Shown here one piece after another: positions 53,412 to 64,000 of a stretch of DNA of 64,000 nt. The notes under the pieces are model-generated. The model made no database searches and was not told where the DNA came from. It saw nothing but the letters and a program-made list of their open reading frames with translations. This DNA comes from Lytechinus pictus (lineage: Eukaryota), in NCBI RefSeq assembly GCF_037042905.1, contig NC_087245.1:9922001-9986000 (forward strand). The letters run 5' to 3'. Every line of letters begins with the position of its first letter. Within the stretch, counting starts at the first letter, position 1. Both the position numbers and the translations under genes were made by a program.

Positions 53412-53936
53412 TAATGCACTTTTTGTAAAGATGAACAGAAAGCGTACCTCTCTAGTACCAAATAATGAAAACTTGAATCGCGAGAAGATGTTAAAATCTC
53501 CGTTTTCATCTTGAGCAGATTGTTTCACTGAACAGGTAATACGAGCGGGAAGTGCAAGCGAATTTTCTATTTTGTGTATTTAATGACCTATTCTTTTTAT
53601 TTATAAATTTCCTCTCTTTTTTTCTTTCTTTCTCCTACGTATTCAGGTGCATTTGGCACTCTTTCACATTATTCATAATAACACGATATTACCGTGATTG
53701 CATAAGAAGGGATTTAATTGCATAAATTCCAATGGCTTCGTCGTCGGCGATTGAGATTTTGAAAACAAAAATGACAACAACAAAAACATTTAAAAAGGTT
53801 CTCGACCAAACATGAAGGTCATATTGGTTAAATTTCTAGTTTTTATCATAATTATGATTTCCAGGGATGCCAGCCCGCCTAGACAATAGTCTTGGGGTGC
53901 TGCAGGAGCCCCCAGCACCAGCCCCCCCTATGGGTT

Positions 53937-54336
53937 GGTTTATTTTTAATTCGTCTAATGCAAATTCGTCCAATTGCCAACTCGTCTACTACCATTTGGT
54001 CTATCAGTTCGTCTACTCACCACGCGGTCTACTTTCATTCAGTCTTATGCCATTCCGTCTAATAACCAGTTGGTCCAATAGCCATTTAGTCCATGTACCA
54101 TTTGGTCTAATTAAAGTAAAGTGTTAATTGTGCAAAATGAATGAAAAGAAAATGGGAACTAGACCAACCGGTCATTAGACGAAATGGTGATTAGACGAAG
54201 TAATGACTAGAACAAATGGTTATTGGACCAAATGGTTGTTAGACGAAATGTTGATGGACGGAATGGCATCAGACTAAATGAAGGTAGACCATGTGGTGAG
54301 TGGACGAGTTGGCAGTGGACAAATTGGCAATTTACC
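53937..54336. mobile_element. MITE with short inverted subterminal repeats
   Basis: ttcgtc/gacgaa-type repeats in opposite orientation; flanks tatgggtt and tatggttt (7/8). Confidence 0.65.
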
Positions 54337-55544
54337 TATGGTTTAATGGGAAACCACCGATTAGAAATTAGAAATTTTGAAATTTGGCGAGACACTTTTT
54401 TATCTCGCAAAGTCGACATAAGGTTAGGTCAAATAGCGAGATAAGTTATCGTCCAGCTAGTCGACAGGCGATTAAACGTATGCCGGCATTTATAAAGTTT
54501 CTTGTGTCGACTTGTCGAGATAACTTATCTCGCCAAGTTGACATACATCTTTTCCGTATGTCGACTCGGCGAGATATTGTCTTGCCATCTATTATGTCTA
54601 TACAAGTCGGTGGCACTTTTTAGGCTTCTGCATGGTATGGATAAACTTGATGAAAGTAGAAATTTGAGTAAAAAAATGTACAGAGAAGTAATTGGAGAGT
54701 TATACAACAGTGACATAACACATGTTGGTCACATTACAAATGGGAGGATGTCCACATCATTAGTGACGTTATCATAAATTATGCTCATAAATTATTTATT
54801 AAATTTACCCTCAAATTTTGATTATTTCTTTGATTTCTCCGTTTTTCTTTTTTAATAAAGTTACTATTTCACTTTCTCTTTTAGTTTCAATTTAGTTTAT
54901 TTATGATTTGAATAAGCAACATAACGAAATTAGTGTTCTCTTTCATTTCAAATATTGTTCCTTAGTTTAGACGTACAAATACTGCAAACCCCTGAAAGGA
55001 AAATATTCTGGTGCATTTTACTTATGTATTGTCTAGATTTTGATATTTCTTCATTGAACCCTTTCCCTTTCTCTTGTATTAGGTTTTGTGAGTATAGTTC
55101 CGTATAAGAATTTCATAAACCTAAAAGGGAGCGAAATTATGCGATTCTGAGAGGCACTCGTTCAAATCGACCAAGCTCTTCATTTTGTTGCCTCTAAAAA
55201 AATAACATTCAAAGATACTTTCACTTCCCAATTGGGAGATCCTCTGAATTTATTATTTTTTCTATATTACATCACTTTTCTTCCCTCAAATTGTCTTTAT
55301 TGCAGGTTCCCCCGCCCCTGTTACTATATGCAGCTGGGTATTACGACTTGCGACAGAAACAAAATTTATCGGTCAGATACAAAAGAAAATGTGAACCTCT
55401 TTGATCTTTACTTGTAAAGACTCCCCTTTTCTTTTGGCATTTTGAATAATATCTATGTTTCACGGGCGTAAATCCGTGGGGGGGGGGGGGGTGAGGGATA
55501 CACCCCCCACACACGCACTTTTCGGAGAGAGGGGATGGCATGTA

Positions 55545-57939
55545 CGGTTACACTTCGTAATCCCGAAGATTCCTTATTCCGAAGGTTCGTGATTCCGAAA
55601 CACGTAAATTGTCTATACCTCGATGTTTGTTAATCCGAAAACGAAATAAGGTTCGTTGTTCCGAAAACGAGAAAAGGTTCGTTGTTCCGAAGGTTCGTTA
55701 ATCCGAAAACGAAATAAGGTTCTTTATTCCGAAGGTTCGTTAATCCAAACACGAAATAAGGTTCTTTATTCCGAAAGTTCGTTAATCCGAAAAATGAAAT
55801 AATCGGTGGCGAAGCCGGGAAACCCGGAAGGGTAAGCGTGGTGGAGGGGGGGGGGGGGGACCATTGCTATTCAATTGTCATGAGGATGGGGAGGCAAAAG
55901 GAAGGTCGGCGGAGCAAAGTAGAGTAAAGTAGAGCAAAGCCTTCTTACGTTTACCTTACTAAAAATAAATGATAACAATAACGAATAAATAGGATTTTCT
56001 AGTCTAACATGTATACTTTAAAAAGGGTATTTTATTTCGAATAACGGCACATTTCATTTTGGAAAAAAAACAAGGGAATTTCCCATTTTGCAAAAAAAAA
56101 AAGTATTTCGTTCCTACGGGGATTTTTTTTTGTTTGGGGTGCAAGTGCCCCCCTGTCCCCCCCCCCCCCCCGCGCTTTCACCACTCCTATGGGATGGGGC
56201 TGATCTATCGTTACCAGGGGAATTTACGTGCGCAGAATTCTCTCAAAGGGATGATCACACACTCTTAAAACAAATCAGTCAAATTGACTAGACCAGTAGT
56301 CAGCTGGGTGCAACTGATATGTCTTGTCACATATCTGACATATATTCTAGTCAGAAATATATGTTCTAGGAAAATACGACTAGAAAATAGACAAAAATAA
56401 CTATGTTCTAGTAAAATACGACTAGAAAATAGTCAAATATGACTAGAATTACAGTTGCACCCAGCTGACCCTATTAACTAGTCATTTTTGACTGATTTGT
56501 TTTTAGAGTGCAGGCTTATGATGCTAGTTCATGTTTTTCTCTCATTGCTAGACCTGCAAATATTTATTTTATTATTCATTTTATTTATCCGGTTTAAACA
56601 TATACATAAATGTAGCATGATGCAAAGGTACAAGAACCAAACTGAACATGTTTACAGTATAATTTCATCTTACAAAAAAGACTATACTGAATATCAAACA
56701 AATGAAATATAAATGCATTCAAAGAGAAAAGTACAATTAACAAAAAAAAAGTATAAGAGCAGAATAATTAATATCATAGAAATAATCAAATAAAATATCG
56801 CTAAGGGCGTGTTGATGTATTTTGAAATTGTTTTGTCAAAGTTCAAAATGTCCACTAAACTAAAAGATCCATTCTTAAATGTTTACCACTTATAAGCCTT
56901 TAAAAAATCGCTTTGGGCGGGGGGTGTGATTGTTTGGACCAGAATAGGGGTGATTAAGACCTCAAACACCCCTTTTTGACTGGGGCGGGACAAAAAAGTC
57001 ATCCGCAGCCAAGGCGGAGCCATGCTCTTCGGAATGAGGAGAAGGGGCACACTTATTTCACATTAAATGTGTATGCATATAATATACACATTTAATTATA
57101 CAGATGTGGATCGAGCTTTTGCCAATAAGGGGGAGGGGTTCATTCACATTTTCCCCAAACGGCTGCTCAAAGCTGATTTTCATTTTTTTTTTCTTTGAAG
57201 GGGTAGTCCGAACAGTGACTTCTTAGCTTTATTCTTATAAACAAGATAATTGTATCTCATAATCCCTGATTGAATATTGCGATCACGAGAAGCGAGCTAA
57301 ATTTTATAGAAATTTGGGTATTTTGTCCTAAAAATTGAACATTCTGAGCAATGTTTGTGATTATGAACAAGACGCGTATATGGAACTAATTAATACTTCG
57401 AGCGCGAAGTGCGAGCTGAAATTTTGGATTTGGATTAACTGTCATAAAGAGGGATTTTCAATAGTTTGTTAGAATTCATATAGAAGTAGGCCTATACATA
57501 CTAATGAAAATGCGAGCACGCAGTGCCAGCTGATAAGATTTTAAGATCAGACCTGATAAGGAATATTTTGAGAACTTAATGGAATACATGAATAGAAATA
57601 AGTACTTCAAACGAACCTTATTTCATTTTCGGATTAACAAACCTTCGGATAAATGAACCTCATTTCGTTTTCGGACTAACGAACCTTCGGATTAACGAAC
57701 CTCATTTCGTTTTCGGACTACTAACCTTCGGAATTACAAATCTTATTTCGTTTTCGGACTAACGAACCTCCGGAATTACGAGCCTTATTTCGTTTTCGGA
57801 CTAACGAACCTTCGGAATTACGAACCTTATTTTGTTTTCGGACTAACGAACCTTCGAAATTACTAACCTTCGGAATAACGAACCTTCGGAATATTCGAAC
57901 CTTCGTAATAACGAAGCGTCGGAATTACGAATGTATGCG
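55545..57939. mobile_element. Non-autonomous DNA transposon with inverted subterminal minisatellites
   Basis: TSD ggcatgta at 55537-55544 and 57940-57947; ccgaaggttcgttaatccgaaaacgaaataagg units at 55550-55800 mirrored at 57610-57930. Confidence 0.82.
56260..56510. mobile_element. CACT-terminal (CMC/EnSpm-like) MITE nested in the previous element
   Basis: cactcttaaaacaaatcagtc / gactgatttgtttttagagtg, with 2-bp CA duplication. Confidence 0.75.
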
Positions 57940-58850
57940 GGCATGTACAATCATCCCCCACAACTTTTCAAGATAGAAAAAAAAAGTTTAATCATCAAAT
58001 GTTTAATACTACTGTTAGTGTGTGGATTTAGCTTTAGATGCTTTCAAAGTGCTTAAATTGGCCTAATTTTGCATTCTAAACTTTCAAAATTTCTCGCACG
58101 GTCGCTCTGCTCCCGCGCTCAATCGATTCTTATACAAGAATTTGGCCGTGACAAATCTCTGCGTTATGGCAAAAACAAAGGTTATAATTTATCCACTGTA
58201 TCATGGGAGTTTAGTTATAATAAGTCCATTATAAATATGTGATTCCAATGACCCTTAAATATGATTATAACTTATTATAACGAATAAAAATATCATTTAA
58301 ATACACTCTCGTGAATATGGGGCGGGGGTCATATGGTATCTTTCTTGAAGCGGGGAATTTCGTTTTAAAAATATTTGGCCTACCGTATTCTTCAAAATTA
58401 ATTAAGTGTACGATGAGTCACTGATACCATTGATAAAATCAATGCCGTTAACAATCTTTGCTCAAAATATCGAATGTTGCATCATCTCCCAATATAATCT
58501 TAAAGATTATTCAAAATCTTTCCTTTTCATATACAATTTCATTGTGATATTACCAGTTGTTTTTTTAAGTTTATATTGTGGCCTGTGATGGCCTATGATA
58601 ATTTCATATGGCAATCTTATTCCCGATAATCATGATCCTATTTTTCAAGTTCATTCTCATCTCACTCTAACCAGTGAGCAATTAAGTTTTCGTTGAACAA
58701 AACTCGACTATTTAATCCCTATTTGCTCTTTTTTTAATATTTCTTGTTCACATTCTTCTAAAGTTTACGTTGACGGATAATACCCTTATCATCGTCATTT
58801 TAAACGACTGAAGCAACGTTTTTTTATAAGGCTCGCTAACTACGCTCACC

Positions 58851-60287
58851 CAGGCGCGTAGCCAGGGGGGGGGGGGGTGGGGGCGGTCGCCCCCCCCAAA
58901 ACGTCCCCAAAAAGAAAAAAAAAAGGGGGAAAAAAGAGAGGAGAAAAGGAAAAGGGAAGGGAGGAAAGGGAAGAAAGGTAGCTTTGTGTTTTTTTTTTTT
59001 TTATTCTTAATTTTTTTTCTCAAAATAGAAACTCCTTCACTCTTGCTCTAAATTTATATATGAATTTTGCTTCCGTGCTGTGCGCGGTTAAATGACGATA
59101 CTGAAGTTCTCCATTGTTTCCCAACCCTGTTTTCCCACCTCAGCTATATGTGTTTCTTGCCAGTTAAAGTTCAAATGTATACATTAGGGCATATGGAATT
59201 AGAGTAAGGTTAGGCCGAAGTATATGAAATTATCTTTTTTTTTTAATTGATCGCGCAACTTCTGGTCGGGTCGGCTCCGGGCGGATAAAATCTTTATATC
59301 AATTTCTGCCGTCACCTCCATAAAGTCAACTTCTCCCGCTTTTCAGCTCATAATTTTGGGGCAAACAGGTTCCTAATTTTAAAAGAGGAAGGTATAAAAT
59401 TCGTGTCGTATTAAATAAAAAAGTACAATATTTTTATCAAAGTCTATTAAACTTCATGTCAATTCCCTGCACATTCATCTCCTGTCCTGTTTTGCGCCCT
59501 CAGTTTGAAATTTTGAATGACACTTAAGTTTCTTTATAATTCAAAATGAAGCGCTTCAGGATAAGTCAAAGAAATTAGGCATCCTGTTTTATATAATTTA
59601 AATAAATCACAGAAGTTTCAACCCTTTTCGCACTATTTTCCTTGTAATGAAGTTCAATAATCTTAGAAAATCAATTGAATTAGAGCCGATGAGGTATGAG
59701 AGATATCTGCATTTGATGAAACGTCCGCTCTTTAAAATTCCAGAGTTTCATTGCTCTGCGCGGGGAGGAATATCTTCCTCCCGGCATATACACTTCTTCT
59801 CCTCTGTTTTGCGACTTAAAGATATGCACTGTCGCTAAATTGTTTGTAATCAAATCTGATCTTTCCAAGGGAAGTATTCAATATATCATTGAGAATACCC
59901 TTTCTCTGGACCCTTTTCATGGCAAAAAAAAATGATAAAACGCTTCAGCTTCCGCGCTTTGCGCGGGGTTATTATTATATTACTTTTCTCCATTGTATTC
60001 CTTTTTTGTGCGTTCACAATCACTTTTGAAAACAAGGTTCATGAAAAAACAAGGTTCATAATCACAATATAGTCAACTGAATTGGAGCTGATATAGGTAC
60101 TAGAATCAAGAGAGACGGCTCCTTTTCATTTTAATTTATGAAACACCAAAAGCTTCGCGAGGGAGGGGGAAACTCCCCCTCCCTGCACCCACCCCCTAGG
60201 GAGCGCGCTTCGCGCGCTCTGTAAGTGTTGGCACGCTTCGTGTGCATTTACCGCCCCCTCCAAAATGAAATCCTGGCTACGCGGTTG
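58851..60287. mobile_element. Non-autonomous hAT-like element
   Basis: TIRs caggcgcgtagccagg / cctggctacgcggttg; exact TSD cgctcacc at 58843-58850 and 60288-60295. Confidence 0.88.
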
Positions 60288-60425
60288 CGCTCACCGCCGC
60301 ATCTCCCACATCTCCCATATTGAAAGACAATTTGGTTACCATTCTGTCTTCCAACTACGGAAAATTTGCTCGCTCGCTCGCATTGAGTCCAGTAGTTTGC
60401 GCCACAACACATCCATAACACCTCA

Positions 60426-61037
60426 TTAAAGGACAGGTCCACCCCAACAAACAATTATTAATTTGAATAAGATGAGTAACATCCAACAAGCGTAACACTG
60501 AAAATTTCATCAAAATCAGATGTAAAATAAGAAAGTTATGACATTTTAAATTTTCGCTTTAATTTCACAAAACAGTTATTATGCACATCCTGATCGGTAT
60601 GCAAATGAGGAGACTGATGACGTCATCCACTCACTATTTCTTTTGTTTTTTATTACATGAAATATTCTAATTTTCTCCTCATTGTCAAGTGAAACAACGA
60701 TTAATTCCTCCCTGAGCATGTGGAATTAGCATCGTTTAATCAGTACTATATGGTTCAGTCAAGTTGGTCCTTATTATCAAATCTGTAAAAAATGAAATAT
60801 TGTATATTTCAAACAATAAAAAACAAAAGAAATCGTGAGTGAGGGACATCATCGACTGTCTCATTTGCATGCCACTGAAACGTGCTTATCATTGTTTTGT
60901 GAAAAATAAGCGAAACTTTAAAATGTCACAACTTTCTTATTTTACATCCTATTTTGATGAAATTTTCAGTGTTATGCTAGTTTGATTTTTCTCTATCTAT
61001 TTAAATCAACATTTTCTGGGGTGGACTTGACCTTTAA
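60426..61037. mobile_element. TTAA-flanked MITE
   Basis: ttaa-aggacaggtccacccca ... tggggtggacttgacct-ttaa, with long inverted arms. Confidence 0.85.
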
Positions 61038-61659
61038 AGACGATTTTGGTCATTATGTCTTTCAACAATTGAAAATGCTCGCTCGCATTTGGATATTAAG
61101 TGTATTTTAATCACACAACAAATTCATTACAATTATAACCATTGGGAAAAAAATAGTGAGAGATCTTTAACTAAAAGATTAAAGGATTATGTACACGGTT
61201 ACATAGCCCTATATGGGTGTGGGGTGTCCCCCAAATTTTTAGGTCAGTATATATCCCCCCGAATGCTCAGACCGGATTTGCCCCACTGCTATGCATACCG
61301 TACGTGTCTTTTAAAGTCTATTTTGCTCAGAATGATAAATTGGGCTTAGTGCAAAGAACTCTTCAGTGACTGATATGTATCGTCGAAGTCCCCGAAATAA
61401 TGAAAAGCGCTTACGTGTGATAAAAAGTTTTGGATTCAAACATTGGAGAAATGGGGGTATTTGTCTGTATACATATAGCAAGTGTATTCCTTTATGGTCG
61501 GTTGAAGCATTTTATTTCATTCAAATCCTCAAAATCACCAAGAAATTGATTAAATTGATATGAATTTTAAGGCCGAGTTTGTAACAGCATTAATTTCTCC
61601 TGAAAAAAAAAAAATATTGGATAAACTCTACCAACTCCCTATGCCAAGTTATCTCTCCC

Positions 61660-62061
61660 GAAACTGACCAATGAATGAGGCCCGTGAGCGAAGAATACGA
61701 GGTTTTCGTGAGAACTAGGTCAGTAGGTCATTTTGTTATTTGTGTCTGGCCTGAGCTCCGCGACAGTGTTGTGTGTGTGCTCCATGAGTTTTTCACACAC
61801 AATTCTCAAGCTAACGGAGCTCGTACTCGATTCGAGCTGGGCCTACTCATCGCTTGAGCTCCTCCTGCTCGCTCGCGCCGCTCGTGTGCTGTGATTCCTA
61901 GAGCTAGCTAAGCGAGAGGCAGAGACTTTCTGATGTTCCATTCATTCGCGAAGCCTACCTCCTGAGTAAGAATCGTGTTTCGTATTGCATGTCGGCAATT
62001 AATTAATTCGGAGAAGAAAAGTGTTTCCTTAGAAAGTGCCTGTATCATCATAATTCAACAG
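61660..62061 (+). promoter_or_regulatory. Probable promoter and non-coding first exon of an unidentified plus-strand gene
   Basis: Apparently non-repetitive, CpG-rich patch; CCAAT at 61668-61672; AACTAGGTCAGTAGGTCA at 61713-61730; strong donor CAG/gtaaga after 62061; no coding exon recognised downstream in the window. Confidence 0.55.
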
Positions 62062-62914
62062 GTAAGAATTTGTAAATAATTCTCCGCTGATTTTTTTTTA
62101 GTTCACAACTGTATCTGTTTTTGTCAACAAAGCACCAGACGAAGCCTTTGTTACAGCGTAGCGCTTAGCAGGGTCGAGCTACGGGCAGCGGTGGGCAGGC
62201 GGACCACGAACAATGACCTATTTCTACCAAGCCCTTTGTTCTCACCGGTGACTTCTTTTCTGCATTTGGCACTTTGTCGCACGTCAAACAAGGGATAACG
62301 AAGTGCTTTCACCTTTTACCAGAGTTCACGTTTGTTTTGCATTCGTCTGTTATTCTAAATGGGTTTAAGCTGAGTCAAAATTACTGTGAATGTAGCTAGC
62401 CGGTAGTATATATATATATACTACAGTCTATAATGTTTCACCCCAAAATTCCCAGGAGAGAAGTTGTTATAAAATGAAAACAGTGCATGAGCTAGAGTAA
62501 TAAAAGAGAAACAATAAAAATAGATCAATAAAAAAAAAATCTAATAATTTTGAATGGGATTTTCCATCATTTTGTCTAACTTGACAGGCCTATCAGATTT
62601 GCCTGAATGTTCAAAATTTTCCAGAAAAGAGTATTTATTAACATATCAGATAAGACAGTGTCTAATGTTAGATCTACTCTAACTCTGTCATGTTTTTCAT
62701 AATTTTTAGTCATTCTATAACAAGTAGATTCTTACTAAATATATTGTACAATAATTATAATATTTTAGTTATGATGATGATGATGATCTTATTCCTGGTA
62801 CTGCAGTCAACCTCCACAAGAAGGATATGATTGCTGCAGGCATGTGTGGCTAGTGTTTGAATTAATAATTTGCTCCCCGCATGAAATTAGACATTTGAAT
62901 TTTGCTTTGATGCT

Positions 62915-63050
62915 TTGATGGTGATGGTGATTATGAAGAGGATGATGATAAATATGATGATGGTGAATGGCGGTGATAATGATGATGATGAAGAACATGA
63001 TGGTGATGATGATGAAGCTAATGATTAATAAGGTGATCATGATGATGTAA
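62915..63050. repeat. Degenerate (GAT)n microsatellite
   Basis: Direct reading. Confidence 0.85.
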
Positions 63051-64000
63051 AAGCAGCATATGATTTTCTTGGTGCATGTATTGCATAAAAGTTTGCTCCA
63101 CATTTAAAAAAAATGTCTGCTACACTAAATTTCTTTTGTGTTTAAATTTTCACTTAGGACTGAACATAGTTATAAAAGGCTTTTTCCTTACAACCAGAAA
63201 TGCCAATCAACTCTTAAGAAAAAATTATTCCCTGAAAGGTAATAGGCTAATTATAATATAACTGGTAATAGTAATACAAGTCACATCAATTAGATGAACA
63301 TAGGTGGCATTATAATTATTATTTACATTATTACATAAAATACAAATGAAACTATAAATGAAATGGATGTGGAGGGGAAAATTTGAAGACTTAAGAGTAG
63401 ACAAAAAGAGAAGAGGGGTATAAAGGAAATGAAATTCCACAAAAATGATTATCATAATCAGGAGAGATAGATTGCAAAATAAATCTATTCTTATACTGTA
63501 TATCTGAAGTCAAAGAAACCTTGTTCAAAATGAAGTGACAATGTAAAGTAAGCTATGTTTGCATTACCATATCTACAGGGTATGGAGTTCTCTTCAAGAG
63601 TTATAAAAAAATGAAATAAATACTTTCTGTATACTTGTCGTTCACCTGTTGATTAACCATGTGAATTTCAACTTCCAGAATTTAGCATATAAAAATGATG
63701 GTACACTCTTGTAAGATTGAGCTTCACATATCATTTTGTCAGCTGTGTCTACTGTGACACCAGTATTTAAGTCTAGAATTACTCCCACCCCCGTAATGTT
63801 CCCTTTCATACTGTATCATTATTTATTAGCCTTATATTCCATAGCCAATGTTAAAAAGGTTTTTCTTTGTGTTTTTCTTTGTGTCTTTAATTCCATGCTC
63901 AATTTTATAGTATTACTATGATTGTTAAATGTACATGTACTACGTCACATCAATGAAGCTGTTGCCCTACAGTATCTATATAAAACTACAGAAGAGGTAG

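Noticed and set aside
62807..63103. His/Ile-rich ORF
   Set aside because: It is the translation of the (GAT)n microsatellite.

Overview
AT-rich, intron-rich, repeat-dense animal DNA; the repeat landscape suggests a sea urchin or other echinoderm (inference only). Two spliced genes lie in tandem on the minus strand: a CCDC14-like coiled-coil gene (9 phase-compatible exons, 38837 to 19448, about 1122 aa, start exon not found) and a complete 6-exon, 240-aa tetraspanin of the CD63/TSPAN6/TSPAN7 type (15435 to 10244). Tetraspanin intron 3 hides an intact, intronless 25-codon ribosomal protein eL41/RPL41 ORF with a 3' UTR, AATAAA and an A-tail, most likely a retrocopy, too short for the ORF track. 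Near 61.7-62.1 kb is a probable promoter and non-coding first exon of a plus-strand gene, with a CCAAT box and a near-canonical Rev-DR2 element. The rest is mostly non-autonomous DNA transposons (8-bp TSD hAT-like elements nested in one another; TTAA, TA, CWG and 2-bp TSD MITEs), tRNA-derived SINEs, a frameshifted CR1/L2-group LINE, a pseudo-tRNA and a degenerate Penelope-type hammerhead. Most ORFs in the supplied track are spurious. I see no clear new multi-gene system. All coordinates were read by eye.
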